64,000 nucleotides of DNA from Podospora anserina (GCA_017654855.1 CM030332.1:4588001-4652000); one strand, 5' to 3'. Counted from the first letter of the stretch, positions 36,195 to 50,900 are shown. The notes: generated from the sequence alone by a model not told the origin. Numbers and translations are program-made.

Positions 36195-38010
36195 CTATTG
36201 ATCAGCCTTGGTTTCGGCCCAGTTGGCCTCAAAGTGCGCCCCTTCTGACAAAGGCTCCATCCGCCACTCGTCTGCCCCCCCGAGAAACTGGCTGTGCTGC
36301 TCAACCGAAAGTGTGTTGTCGAGCCCTAGGTTGAAGTGGGAGAACTGGTTCTCTGGGTTGTTGTTGGATGTCAGCTGGCCTGTTTGCCAACCATGCTGCG
36401 AATTGTTGGTGCCGGCGAGCCCGGTGCCGTCGAAGAGGTTGGATATGGAATTGTTGATGTTGTTGAGGTTATTTGTTCCGTTGAAGAGCTCCTCGTGAGA
36501 CATCAACGACGGATCGATACGGTGCTCAAAGCGGGGGGGCTGGGGTTGGGAATGACCTTGTGACTGGGATTGTGAATGAGCTTGTTGCTCGTGAGAAGGG
36601 CGTGTGTGTTGTGGGTGGTGGTATTGATTCAACTCGTAATGCGAGGGCAATCCGTGGGTGTGTTGTTGGAATGCCATACTCGGCGATGGCGTCTTGCGCA
36701 TCAGAACATCCTCTATCATACCTGGGTGCAAGTGGCTCCTTTGGGTGTTCTGGATGTGGCTCTCGTAAAAGGTGTTCGTTAACCCTCGAGTGTCGTATGC
36801 GGACGGCATTGGTTTCCCCGGGTTGGAAAATTCAAAGGCCGATCGGTTCTGGTGATGAGGCCCTAGCCCGTGCAATCCCATCAGAGGGTGATGGGTTGCG
36901 GCATAGACGGAGCGACTTGGAATGTAGTCCCCGTCGTCGTTGGGCGTGTTGGTAGCAGACCGCATCCGGGCCGCCGCGTGTTGCCAGTCGCCATACTCGT
37001 CCAAGTCCGAGGCTTCACTGTGGGCGTCGAAGTTTTCGTCGTACTTTGCTGGCTTGTGAGGTTTGGACGGCGTGAACTTGTAGTTCGGGTGCGCTTTTTG
37101 GTGGTTGTCACGTTCGAGGTCGGCCCAGGCTTTGAACTGCTGTCGGATATGCTCGGGCTCAAGTGGCCAGCTGGAACCGCAGACCCGTGAGACGATTTGA
37201 TGGTTGTGTTGAGACGCCCATTCTTTGGCACGTTGCTGATAGGCCTTGCGATACAGCATGAAGGCGTTCATGGGCCTTTTGACCTTGCCGGGGTTCTTCC
37301 TGCACTGGGTGACCTCGTCTTGCCGTGCGGTGGCGTCTCGGTTCACGTACGTCTCGATATCGGTGATTGGAATGGCCGAGTCTTTTGTCAAGTCACTCAG
37401 CGGCCTGTCCAAAGTTGGCAAATTTTTCGGCGGCTTCGCTCTTTCCTTCTTCTTCTTTTTAGACGATGCCTTTTCCACGCCCGCGCGTCTTGGTGCCAGC
37501 GCCTTCCCGATTACGATATTGCCGCCGTGTATGCTCATGATATCAGACGCCCGTGAAGGTGTAGGGGGTGACGCTGCCGGTGTGCCATAAGGCTGCGACA
37601 TCTGTAATAAATTGTCAGCGATCAACCAGAGCCCGTTGCCTATCTCGACCAGGCGACGAAACTGTACTCACATCTAGAATAGGGCCGTACGGACTGCTGT
37701 CGGGATACATGGGGTGGAAGCCCGGCTACACGCAAACAATCAGCATTTTGAGCCATGGCGGGTAGATGGCAACCCTCACAATCTGAGCAACTCCACGCTG
37801 GTATGACATGGACGGATCGAAACTTTGCGAATGTGTTAACTGGGGCGCCGGGGTTCCATATCTCGAAGCCGGTTGCGATTGTACTCGAATGGAATCGGCG
37901 GCGTTCATATCGTGCGGTGTGGCAGCGTTATGTTGCAGAAGCTCATTGAAGCCGACAGGTAACGGCTCTCCTTTCGGCAGGCTTGGGGAGAGGGGGGTAT
38001 TGCGATCCAT
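36195..38010 (-). CDS. Sequence-specific HMG-box transcription factor (MATA/SOX-TCF type)
   Basis: KVKRPMNAFMLYRKAY...SW..E....F...A..ER..HQKAHPNYKFTP; exons 38010-37780, 37725-37672, 37601-36195 with GTGAG donors and YAG acceptors in frame. Confidence 0.92.
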
Positions 38011-41000
38011 GCTAGAGGTTGTGTTTTGCTTGTGTGAGAAAGTATCTCTGGGTTGAAGCCGAGGATGATGGAGGGTGAGTGGGAGGGAAAGGCAGTAGCT
38101 CAGACACCGGGGATGAGCTCTTCAAATATCTTTGCCAGTCAACCCGGACGGAGTGGCCGACTGGTTGAGTAGTCGAGGTTGGACAAACTCTAGGAGCAAC
38201 CTGTAAGGATGATAGGACCGCCCCAAGATTTTAAGGGCAGAGCCTGGCTAATCGATTAGCAACCACGCAAGCATAGCAGTCTGGATAGGTATCAAGACTA
38301 TCAGTGGATGGTGCAGAGGCTGCGGGAGTAGGGCCCAGGCTAGTGTGTCTTGAGGAGAAAGGTGCTGGGAAAGACGGAGTCTGCAGTGATGATTTGCTTG
38401 GATGAAGAGACAGCATCAGATGGCTTGGGAGTGTGCACCTAGCGGTGTAAGGAGGCTCTTGTCTCGCAGGCTGGTCAAGGTGTGCAGGAAGCGGTGGACA
38501 TCACAAACCTTTTGCGACAGCCTGTCCTGCAGGCTGCGACACGCCCGATGGGTATTTGTGGTGGATGGACTCGTTGTCTTTCCCGGATCACGGCCTGTTG
38601 CCCCGGTCTCCTGGACAGCGAGGTGCTTGTCCACGCTGAGAGACCCTATCGGATCTCACGACCACACACCTGAAGCTTCCACAACCGGTGCTGTCTCTCC
38701 TGCCAAGGGTGTATGTTGCTTGGCCTTCCTGCTTGTTCCTTTCTTTGTTCCGGCTTCTCTAAGGGCTGGAGCTGGGGTGGGAAGCACCAGGATGGGCTTG
38801 CGGCTTTGGTGGTCTCTGCTTCTGCCGCTTCAATGAACGTGGAAGCCGTGCTTTGTCTCAGCGAGAAATTCTTGAAGGGCTGGGGAAAAAGGAAGAGGGG
38901 ACCGGGTGCGTATTTGTATTCTCTTTATTGGGCTCTGGTGCTGAGCAAGCCTGGTGCGGTACTGTCCGCGTCCCCAGAGGGTTGACGCATTCGGAAGCCT
39001 GGCCGGGCCAGAAGAGCGGAACTAGGCTCTGGACGGCAGCACTGAGGAGGGAAGAAGCCGCCTTCTCGACGACTGTTGGCACTCCACATCCGCGTTCGGG
39101 GCTCAGAGTGCCAGAGCTGCTGCAGACGCCTGGCAACAGTGGAGGAGGTAGCAAGCCGACCTCTTGGGAATTATTGGAGATGCAATGACATGCTCTCTCC
39201 CGGTCCCCGGCAATACCCACCAGGAGGGGAATTCTGAGCAAACCACTCCTATCCGAACTTCACATCCCCGAGCTTTCCTGTGTTGGAACCATGTCGGCAG
39301 CAGCATAGCTCCACGTGTTCCTGCACCAACCCGGGTTACAGCAGTTAGCCAGATTTTCTCGAAGCTGAGATTGGACTCGCCCAACACCCAACAGCATCTT
39401 CAGTATTTCCCTCGCCATTTTTGACATTTGGAGTCTCAGTTACTTCTAGGTACGCGGTTCCATAGGGGGGTTCATCTGCTGGTTTGAGGTACCCGAGACC
39501 GGCTGGAATGTGTTCGGGTCCCTCCCCGGAAGCGGCTTGCCCTCCTTCCCCTCTGCAGTGACTGGCTGCTCTCTTCTGCGTGACGCCACAGAGGCCAGTG
39601 GCTTGCTTCCATTTCTTTGACCTTTTAGATCCAACCCGTTTCTTTGAGGTCTCGTGTGCTCATCGATCATGGCGGTTGATGCCTCACCTGGGCCCATATC
39701 CCGCCATAGATGCGTGCACATGACTTGCCGCTCATAACTGCATTTAAAAGCAGCTCGCGATTAGCAACAGCCCGCGGCAAACCTGGATACTTTGGCTCTC
39801 GTTGTTGCCCAAGCCTGGCATAGGTCCCCCCCTAGCCTCAACGCGCATCATGGACAGTTGCAACGTCTTCTGGTTGGTCGCCCTCCCTGCAGGGCTTTCG
39901 GGTAGCTGCATTAGCCCGCGACTGTTTGAACATCAGTCGTACAGCAAGGCACAGAATAGCGGCCCTTTCCACGCGCCCCCCTTTATTTACCAGGCATGAC
40001 TAAGACTCCACAAGGGTCTCACTCACACACCCTTCTCTACTTTTTGCATATTTCACTTCATCAAAAGATCGAAATGAAAAAACTGCCCTGGCCCAAAGAA
40101 GAATGATGAACAATATACACATCTCCTCTTATTCCCACCTCATCGTGAACGCCAGTGGTATCCATCTATCAAAGCCCTCCTTTCTACTCAGTTCATCCTT
40201 ATCCTCTCCAACATCATCATCTCTCCCACAACCCAAGAACAAACTCAACATCCCAAACGTACGCACCTCCATACCTCCCTATTCCCCCCCCCCCAACCAC
40301 GGTTGGCCCAAATAACATGCAACCACCCGCTCAATCATAACCCCAAGATTACCAGATCCAATCGCGAACTGTTCCGCCACTTTTTCCACCTCAGGTGACA
40401 AGGTTAGGTTGTCAACCAGAAATCTGATTCATCTTATTTTTTCTTTTCTGCAATCATGATTTTTTTTGGTCGAACGTGTCTCAGTCTCGCACGCTTCCAC
40501 CAAGCTCAGGCCACAAGTTCGTCCCCTCCCGGCCGCCGGGTTCAGATTCCATCCAAGTACGTTGCTGATATGTCAAGTTATCCCATCGTCATTTTCTCAC
40601 TCTTCTGGTTTTCTCTCCACTGTGCTGTTTTGAGCAACACTCCCTTGGGTGTGCCAAATATCGAGAAGTTGAGCCACGTGGAAAAAGATGAGAAAAAAAT
40701 ATCTCACAGCCGGCAACGTTCCGGGGAAACCAATGAGCACATTTTCCTCAGTGGCGGACTGGCCAACGTTCATGGGCCATGAGTTATGTGATTGACAATA
40801 TGTATGAGTATTCTTAGCAGGAACCACTCGGACTCTTTCCGACTACCCTATCAGACCAAGGATCAGATGCTCCGCACCTTATTGAACAACAGCAGAGATA
40901 TCTCATGGAGTTAGTGTACCCAGCTTCTTGATATTTACATTATTGCTCCCATGGCTCCCGTGTTCGGTTTAGTCCATTTGTACTAGGACCTCGTCTATGA

Positions 41001-41263
41001 GGCCAGACAGCTCTCTATGTGCTTACGATTCGCGATACCCCCATTCAGAAGAAAACCTACCACCCCATAAGTATATCCCCATCCAATCCGCCCAACCCAG
41101 CCGAATGTATATCTAAACAATGTATCTCCAAAGTACGCAAAAACAACCAAGCCTGCACCTTATACTTGCTACTCACCGCCAAACCGCCACCATTACTGGC
41201 CAGATTGAGACTTTGATTGCCCCCTTATTGATGACTAGGTACTTCCCGCATTGGCCAAGCATC

Positions 41264-43797
41264 TCACAAGCCAATTTGCTCAGAGGACTGGTTCGGTGTA
41301 GGAGGCAACACGGCAGGTGCGGGTCCCAGTGGGGGGACTCTGACTGGCCCTGGGTTTTTCACGGGAGGGGTGAGGATTTGCTGCCTCGGGGAAGGCGACA
41401 AGGCGGCAGCGGGAGGGAATATCAACGCGCCTGGATTGCCAAAGCTCTGCGAAGGAGTGGCGATCCCGTTACCATTGGTCCCGTTGACACCGCGACGCTG
41501 AGGAGGAGGCGAGTGCTTAGTGGGAGAGATACTCGATGGCGGCAAAGGTGATGACCGCCCGTCTGATCTGCTATCCTGGGACTGCCGAGGTCTGAACGTG
41601 TTGGTAATGTTCAATATAGGCGAGGCAGGTCGGCCTGGCTCTCCGATCGAAGCAAGTGTCTTTGTTGGTGGTGACGAAGGACGGTGCGATTCCTTTGTGG
41701 GGGAGATACCATTGCCGCTTTCGGGGAGCACCGGAAGACTGCTATCGGAGGCGCCGGACACAGGAATGCCACGGGACAGCTGAGCGTGCGGGAACAGATT
41801 CGGACGTGGTGATGAAAACGGGTTGCTCCCCTGTGAATCTGGGAGTTTCGTCGTTGCGGGACGGTCCCCATTTGCTTCGTCCAATGATGGTGCAGACGCC
41901 GGCTGCTCTGTCGATTCATCAACACCAGACGAGGCCTTCAATGGCAGCTCCACAACCAGTCGGGCACGACCGTCAGCCTCGCCCGTGGTGTTTTCAGTTG
42001 GTGCGGATTGTGGCGAGGAAGAGACCGGAGCTTCTTCCTGCTTATTCACCTTGAGCTTGATGAGAGGCCGCTGCTCAGCTTCCTTTTCGCGCCGACGACA
42101 AGGTTCGCAAACAAAGTGAAAATCTTCCTCCTCAGCCTCCTTTTCATTGATGCCAAGACACTTGCTGTGCTGCCAGACATTACATCGCTCACAGGCAACA
42201 CTGTGGGTTCCGTCGTCGATTTGTCCGTATGCGCCGCAAATGCAATCAAAAATCCAGTCCTCCTCTTCCTCTTCCAGCTCCTGCAAAGCCTTCTTGTTCC
42301 TCTCGATCTCGGAAATCCTTCGACGGTCTGACATACGGGCAGAGGCTGTGCTCTTGCTGTCCTCGGACAGCTGAGCCAACTCCTCCTCATGCTGAAGACG
42401 TCGAACCTCTCTCTCCTTCAGCCGGCGCTCTCTTGACATCAGCCTGTGTTCTCTTTCGCGCTCCATCTTTGCCCGTTTCGTCTCCTCCTTGCGTCTAGCG
42501 GCCTCTTCCTCGCGTTGCCTCCGCTCTTCTTCGCGGGCACGTTCTTCCTCTTTACGGTGTTCAAGCTTGCCAGCGATTCGACTCGACCTCTTAGCGTGCG
42601 CCATTTTCTCCAGGTTCAGAAGCTCCTTTTCTCGTTGTAGTTGTTTACGTCTTCTGGATTCTTCCTGTTGCTCGAGGATCGGCAGGAGATGAGCTTGAAT
42701 CTGATTGCGGAGAATCTTCTCATTGGGGTCTTTGGTTTTCTCCAAGGATGAAATGAAGTCGCGGACCTCGCTCAAGGTGGCGGCTAAGCATTCCCATTTC
42801 ATGCCTCCAAGCCCATCATCCTCTGGTTCGGCGGGCGCGCCAGCTTCAGAGGCCTCGTCTCCAGCATCCTCGGTATCGCTCGCGGCACCAGATGCTACGC
42901 GGCGCCGTTTGTTGGCACGTTGTGCTGCTTTCGCCTTCTTGGTGTTCTTCTTAGGTTTTGCTGGTGCCGCCGGCGCCTCCGACATGCGGTACAATCGGTT
43001 GTCGTCGAGCACGTAGTATGTTCGATCATGTCGATCCCATCCGTAGGGTTCAATCCGCTATAAAAGTATCAGCTCTCTGCCAAGCACCCATTGCACATCG
43101 TCTGAAAAAGCGTACCCAGTTCGTCTGATCTGTATCCTTTTGTTCCTCCGTCTTATCCCGCAACTTCTCGGAGCTCATGATGATGAACTGCGTCATTTGT
43201 TGCAGAATACGAATCTGCGCGATCCGGCGCTTGTTAGTATGGGCAATTCACTGACTGTAGGGCTCCAAAACTGCTTCCCACGTACTTTGGTGAAGACATC
43301 AAAATCGGCAAAGCGCAATGAAACCTCTGAATTGCCAAACGGGTTCTTCTCCGGCGCTTTGTTGAGATATTGTCGTCTCGTGTACTCGTCGAATAGATCG
43401 TGCCTGATGTAGAACGTGGTCAGCAGGCTTTCGAGGCAGTTGACAGGTCGGCGTTAGAGATGGCATACGTTAGGCCACGGTGGGAGGAGAGGAACTTGAG
43501 GAAGCCCAGGCCAATGTTCTGCAAAGCCATGGACCCAGGCTTCAGACATTCTGCCTCCAAATCCTATAAGCGACCACAGTGTAAGCAAGGCGATGTCTCT
43601 TGCCAGGGTCGCAATATGCCCACCTCTATGTCCAAATTGTCGTCGAGCTTCAGGGCTTTGCCAAATAACATCATGAACTGAACCAAGTTGGCGAATTGCC
43701 ACATATTCCTGATGCGAAGGAGAAGGGAGTCCTGCGGCGGCTCTTGGGCATTTTCCGAGCTGACCTCGGGCAGCGCCCGTTTGCGCGTTGCCGGCAT
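41264..43797 (-). CDS. Chromatin protein with DDT/WHIM-WSD-like N-terminus, coiled coil and PHD finger
   Basis: ATG 43797 (MPATRKR; IRNMWQFANLVQF); four short introns between ~43058 and 43623; WRIEPYGWDRHDRTYYVLDDNRLY; PHD CICG...VACERCNVWQHSKC...FVCEPC. Confidence 0.9.
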
Positions 43798-44980
43798 TGT
43801 TCGATCGGCCTGTTGCTTTTCCTGTTGCGCAAGCTGTGGTTTGCGGTGCAAGCGATCGAGGGAAGCGATTGGACGAGTCTTGAAAGGGACGGTGTTTTGA
43901 AATTCAGCGGCTGTTCATGGCCTAGGCGAGTGTTGTTGCGAGTTGGTTCGCTGCGAATTTGTTGTAGGGCTGACTTCTTGAGATGGAGAGATTCTGACGT
44001 TTCTCACAAGGTGGGAAGCTACGCGCGTGAGCGGCTCAAAAGACGCGACTTGGAATTGGGCCCCACTAAATTTTACTTTGGGCACTTCTCTGGTTGAGCC
44101 AAGCGCCCCGCTCAGCTCCAACTCATGCAGTCAGCAAGCATGCTATGGATAGGTAGGGAATAATACTTCTTCGAGTCGAGTTATAGTATTAAGTAGTATA
44201 CAGGGGAAACAGGCTGTGCAAAGTGCAATTGTTAACAGCCCAGTCCAACTGGAAGATCTCCCTCCATGTCCACGAGTACTTGGTATCTTCCTCCTCCCGT
44301 CTTCTTTTTACAAGATATCTTCAGTTTTCAGCAAATCCTTGGCTCTTCGGTAGTATCGCGACGTTTTCGGCATAGAGCAACACGCAACTCCCGAGCCGTT
44401 TCAGCTTGCGCAAAGTGGGGTGCTCCAATTGAGCCTTACGCACGTGAAGCCCGCACTGTGTTGCTCGCCAGCAGAACTGTGTGCACTACCCTATCCTCAC
44501 AGTAAACTGCACTGTACGCTGGTTGGCCTTCAACTTGCCATCGCTGGATGGAAGCTGCCTCTCCTGGGCTGGGGCAGCAACCATTGTGTTTTGCGGCGCA
44601 GTCATCTGTCCTGACCTCCTCTGTAGACCCTCCCCCATACGTTCTTTCTTTTGACGATAATTAATTAATCACTCTTTTCTTGTTGCCTCTTGTTGACCTC
44701 TCGCAAGCCACCCCTTTCTCGTAGTGCCGCCAGCCAAACCAATACCCCCGTGCCCCTCCGGCGACACTTCAAACTCCATAAACAGAGCCTTAACGTCCAA
44801 CCACCACGAGGCAAAAGCCAACTCGCACACACTCTTTGCATGGCATAGACATTAAGACTTTCTTCGCATATCATGCCTGCTACGAGGCTCTAGTGGTCCA
44901 TGTTACAGCAGTTCTAGCGCATTCGCGCGCCCACCTCTCATTTAGCTTGTCGAATTGACACCAAGCCACCACTCGGCACC

Positions 44981-47900
44981 ATGAACGACAACACGCCGCA
45001 TACCCCGCGGCGAACCTCGCACAATTCTATACCTCCTCCGCACTCGATACCTTTGCAAGAAATCCAGCGCTCGCCAGAAGGAACCAGCAATGGGCGTGGG
45101 GGAGGAGATGGTTTCGGCGCTGGGGGGTCTTACAATGGAGCTCAGGATGAAAATAACAGGCCGCCAGCATCGCCGGTTTCCATGTCGGCCAACCTTCCAG
45201 GTTTCTCGTCTTATTGGGAGAACCCATATCCAACGGCACCCCACGATGCGGGCAGGACCGGCGGAAACCATTCCCCTATCGATCACTTGGGCCTTCAGTT
45301 TGCGCTGCCACCTGAGATAAGACAGCCATCGCCTTCTGCCTCACAGGGCTACATCACCTCGGCCGATGACCCGTACCAAATACCTCACCCTTATTATGAC
45401 GAGCGAGCGGATACGGACTCCTTGGAGTCGGATAGAGTACCTCTGAAGCCATCGGCGCAACCCATCGGCCGTTTAGAGCCACCGGAAGGAGAAGCGACCC
45501 CCCGCCATAGCTTTCAGACCGTATCCGATCTTGGAAACACACCCTCTCGAGCACGAAGTACCCAGATGCTTGGGTTTGATTTGGAGCCGGGATTTTCAGC
45601 GGACAGGCATCGCAACTATGGGGACAATCTCTCACCAGTGGACGGGGGGCGGCGGTCCCGAACTCAGTCTACCAGCGGCGCCTTGCATAGAGCAGGCTCT
45701 ATCATGAGGGCCATGTCACAGCGTGTTGTCGCTATCAGTGGTGAAGGTGATTTAGTGGATCAAGCAACCAGGCGTGAACGCGAACGGTCTCGGTCGCGCT
45801 CCCGTTCACCTAGTGTTGACGGCCGCCGGCCGGGCCATGTGTCCGCACCAATGCTTGTCGATACCTCGTATCCCTCACAGTCGTTCCAAATACCAGCGGA
45901 AAAGGATTCGGGGGCCACCTATGTTCATTCTCAGCAGCCATCCTCGCCTATGCCTCGGCGGCGTGGCCCTCTTCCAAACCCACTCAGGGGGAACTCACTT
46001 GGCATTTTCCCCAAGGACAATGCGCTCCGAGTATGGCTGTGCGATCTCCTGGTGAATCCATGGACAGAGCCCTTCATTTTGTTGCTGATTATTGCGCAAA
46101 CAATTCTCTTGGCTGTTGAGTCAGCACCCGACGTTTTCGTCCCAGGAAATGAACGACCAGAGCGCTGGGGCACCACGCGGATAGACTGGGCCATATTTGC
46201 GCTGTTTATTATTTTCACACTCGAAATCATCGCCAGAATCATTGTTTCTGGCTTCATCGTTAACCCAGAGGAGTATGCTCCTCCCAAGACTAAGCGCCGA
46301 ATTAAAGAACGGGTCGCCGAACAATATCGGGCCATATTTCGACCTCAGCGGCAGCGGTCCACCAGACAGCCAAAAAAGGAAGAGGAGTTTATGCCGACGT
46401 TTGCTAGGTCATTTACCATGATGCATGGCGTCGCGGCTGGTCAAGGCACCCTGGAGGAGCAACAGCGCCTTCTGCTTGCGCGCAGAGCGTTCTTAAGGCA
46501 TGGCTTTAACCGGCTTGACTTCGTGGCAATCGTTTCCTTTTGGATATCGTTTGGGCTTGGTGTTGCTGGCTTGGAGAGCAAGCATTCCATCTACGTGTTT
46601 CGCATGCTCAGCTGTCTGCGCATCATCAGGCTTCTTGCCCTCACAAAAGGCAACCTTATCATCCTGAGGAGTCTGAAAAAGGCAGCGCCACTTCTTGTTA
46701 GGGTCTCTTTTTTGATGGGCTTCTTCTGGCTCATTTTTGCCATCATCGGGGTTCAGAGTTTCAAATCGAGCCTGAGCCGCCAGTGTACTTGGCTCAATCC
46801 TGAGGACCCAACGAACTTTGATATCACCTACTCGCCAAGCATGTCCTTCTGCGGTGGTTATCTCAATGCCACTACAGGAAAGGCAGAGCCTTGGGTCTAC
46901 TCCAACTCTCCGACAAGAAATCTATCGGAAGAGTTTCTCGTGAAGGGTGCTCAGAATTCCAAAGGCCATGTATGCCCGCGAGGGTCCATCTGTCTTCAAC
47001 AAGACAACCCTTTCAACGGAACGGTCAACTTTGATGACATCGGACACTCTCTTGAGCTAGTGTTTGTGATCATGAGCGCGAACACCTTCAGCGACTTGAT
47101 GTACTATACGGTCAGCTCCGACTTTTTACCTGCGGCACTGTTCTTTGGCGCTGGAATCATCATCATGATGCTCTGGATGACGAACCTGTTGATTGCCGTC
47201 ATCACATCATCTTTCCAGGTCATTCGCGAGGAATCCAAGGCCAGCGCCTTTACGTCCGAGGACTCCTATTTCGCAGCACCTACGGATGCCGCTACGCGGC
47301 GACTTTCAGGATTGCAGCGCTTTGTGAAAAACACACAGTGGCTGTGGGCACTTGTGATCACATTTGGGTTATTTGCCCAAGCCTTGCGGACGGCTTCCAT
47401 GGATGCGATGCGTGAGAGGTTTATCAACACAACAGAGGTCGTTGTAACCATCCTTTTGGCTATCGACATTGCCATACGTTTTGCTGCGGACCACCATCGG
47501 TTTCATCGCAGTCCTCGTAACCTCTTCGACCTATTCCTAGCCGTCGTCACCGTCATCATTCTCATCCCTCCCATCCGCAATTCAGGTCAGGTCTACAACT
47601 GGTTGACCATCTTCCAAATCCTGCGGGTGTATCGCGTTGTTCTCACCATACCAATGACGCGAGACTTGATTTACCTCGTCCTTGGAAATGTCACCGGTAT
47701 CGGGAACTTGATGCTCTTCGTCTTTCTTATGACCTTCCTTATGGCCATTTTCGCATCACAGCTATTCCGTGGTCAAATCCCAGCCTTGGATTCAGATGAC
47801 GAGTGGATCGGGATCCCCTTCAACACCATCTACAACTCCTTTCTGGGCATGTACCAAGTTCTGTCGAGTGAGGGCTGGACAGAAATTCTGTACAATGTCA

Positions 47901-50900
47901 CCACGTACACGGTGAGCAAGAAGACGTCGTGGATCGGCGCCGTGTTCCTCATCGGCTGGTTCATCCTCTCGTACTTTATTCTCATCAACATGTTCATTGC
48001 TGTCATCCAGGAGAACTTCGATGTGGGAGAGGACATGAAACGCCTTGAGCAAGTGAAGGCGTTTTTGCAACGGAGAGAGCTGGGCGGTTCGTCCAATCTG
48101 GCCTTGTCCAAAGTCTTTGGCTTCGGCCGGTCCAAGCACCGCTCAGACCCTCTTGATCAGGGCACGGGAATGATAGATATGTTGTTCAAAGAAGGGTTCG
48201 TTCGCGAATTTCTCGACGAAAGCTTGGACCCTTTGGAGACTACAGATGGCCAAGCACAACCTCGGGCAACAACCACATACAACGGCAATGTCAAACCAGG
48301 GTTCCTCTCCGCCATATGGGGCCACTTGGTGACCAAGTTTACCAGCCGAGAGCCCAATCCATTCTACTCCAACATCCGCTTCGAGGCGGCCAACGCGACT
48401 TTGGATCCTGGCCAGCTCGCCCGCCAGGCTGTGAGCGCAACGGCAGCCCGGCGCAAAGCACAGCGGGAGTATCTGATGCGCCATCCAAATTACAATACGT
48501 CTCTGTTCATCTTCAAGCCACGAAATCCTATCCGCCGTCTCTGTCAAAAGATGGTGGGCCCGGGCCGCGGTACTGAGCGCTTTGAAGGTGTTCAGCCGAA
48601 TAAGTACGCATGGTACACCTTCTCAGCCCTGATTTACGCTGCCATTGTTGCCATGGTCATTCTCGCTTGCATCACGACTCCCCTCTACCAGAAGGAATAC
48701 TTTCAAGACAAGGACAAAACCAAGGTCAACTGGTTCGTGTGGTCAGATATGGCGTTTGCCATCGTGTTTACAGCCGAAGCGGGCATCAAAATCATTGCGG
48801 ACGGCTTCATGTGGACTCCGAATGCGTACTTCCGCAGTACATGGGGCGCTATTGATGCCATCGTGTTGGTTACCCTGTGGATCAACGTCATCACGCTGTT
48901 TACCCAAAACGGAGAGGTATCCCGCGCCGTCGGTGCCTTCAAGGCTCTCAGGGCGCTGCGACTATTGAATGTCAGCGATAGCGCCAGAGAAACGTTTCAT
49001 TCATTGCTCATTGTTGGGGGTTGGAAGATATTGAGTGTGAGTTTTCCTGTTTGTTCCCAGGCCATCATCTGACCAAACGCTGATTATTTCCTCCTTTAGG
49101 CTGCTTTTGTGTCCATATCGCTCTTGATTCCATTCGCAATCTACGGCCTGAATCTGTTCAACGGGAAGATGGTCTCTTGCAACGATGGGGAAGATATTAT
49201 AAACCTCAGTGACTGTGTCGGCGAGTATTTCGCAACCCCGTTCAACAACGAATGGCCGATGCTTGCGCCCAGAGTGGCAGACAACCCCTTCTTCAATTTT
49301 GACGACTTTGGATCGTCCCTTTTTATTCTGTTTCAGATTGTCAGTCAAGAAGGGTGGACGGACGTCTCCTTTGCAGCACAGGCCATCACCGGCCAGGGAC
49401 TTCAACCGTTAGGCGCGCCGCCATATCCGGCCGAGGGCAACGCGTTGTTCTTCGTCGTCTTCAACCTCATGGCCACCGTCTTTGTGCTCACCTTGTTCAT
49501 TTCTGTCTTTATGCGAAACTACACGGAGCAAACCGGCGTCGCCTTCCTGACGGCCGAACAGCGCTCGTGGCTCGAGTTGAGGAAGCTCCTCAGACAAATC
49601 TCGCCTTCCAAAAATGCTTACGACGACAGCAAGAACAAGTGGAAGATCTGGTGTCATAAGCGCGCCATCGAGAAGCGAGGGAAATGGTATCTTGCCATCA
49701 CGTCGGTTCTCGTTTTCCACCTTATCCTGCTGCTTTCGGAATTCTACAACGAGCCTGAGTGGTGGAGGTGGACCCGAGATGGTTTATTCTTGTTGTTCAC
49801 GCTCATTTACATCGTCAACATCATCATTCGCATTGTCGGCCTTGGCTGGACGCGGTTCCGGCGGAGCTCATGGGACTTGTTCTCTCTGGTCGCAGTTACG
49901 GGCACTTTCGCCACGTCAATTCTCTTTCTCACGGACCAGATGCAGGACACGTACATTCAACTACATAAGTTCTTCTTGGTGGCGCTCGTTCTCCTGCTGA
50001 TCCCCCGGAATGACGCACTAGACCAGCTTTTCAAGACGGCAGCTGCCAGTTTGACGACCATTGGCAGCCTTCTTGCTACGTGGCTGATCTTCTTCTTGGT
50101 GTTCGCTATAGCGCTGACGCAGACGTTCAGCCTTACCCGCTTCGGCAGCGGGGAGGATGGCAACATCAACTTGCGAACAGTGCCTCACGCTCTGATCCTC
50201 CTCTTTAGGTTCAGTTGCGGCGAGGGCTGGAACGAAGTCATGGAGGATTTTGCACAGATCAAACCCCCGCTCTGCGTAGAGAGTCCTATTTTCTCTGAGA
50301 GCGACTGCGGTAGCACTGCTTGGGCTAGAACCCTGTTTGTTGCCTGGAACATCATTAGCATGTATCTCTTTGTCAGTTTGTTTGTGTCGCTGATTTATGA
50401 GAGTTTCTCGTATGTGTATCAGCGGACCAGCGGCTTGGCGGTGGTTGAGCGCGACGAGATTAGACGCTTCAAGGAGGCCTGGCGAAGTGTGGATCCACTA
50501 GGCACTGGATTCATCAGCAAGGAGGCTTTTCCCCGACTTTTAGGCGAGCTCTCTGGCGTGTTTGAGATGCGTATTTACGAGGCTGAGGACTCGGTCCGTA
50601 GCATTCTGGAAGACGTGCGTAAGGATAACGATGCGGCGAGCACCAGACACGCTTCTGTCGTCAGCAAGAGCCAGTACCAGACTGGTGTCGACCTGGCCAA
50701 GCTGAATGAGCGGCTGTCCAAGATTGATGTTCAAAAAGTGCGCGCACGCCGCCATCGTTTCAACATATTCTTCGAAGAGGTCATGGTGTCTGCTGACCCC
50801 GAGAGAGGTATCTCGTTCACGACGGTGCTGATGATTTTGGCACATTACAACATTATTAATGACAGCAAGAGTCTCAGGTAAGTTTTCTTCTTGCCCAAAT

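Noticed and set aside
36195..38010. HMG gene as mating-type MAT1-2-1
   Set aside because: No intron within the HMG box, and no APN2/SLA2/COX13 flanking genes in the window.
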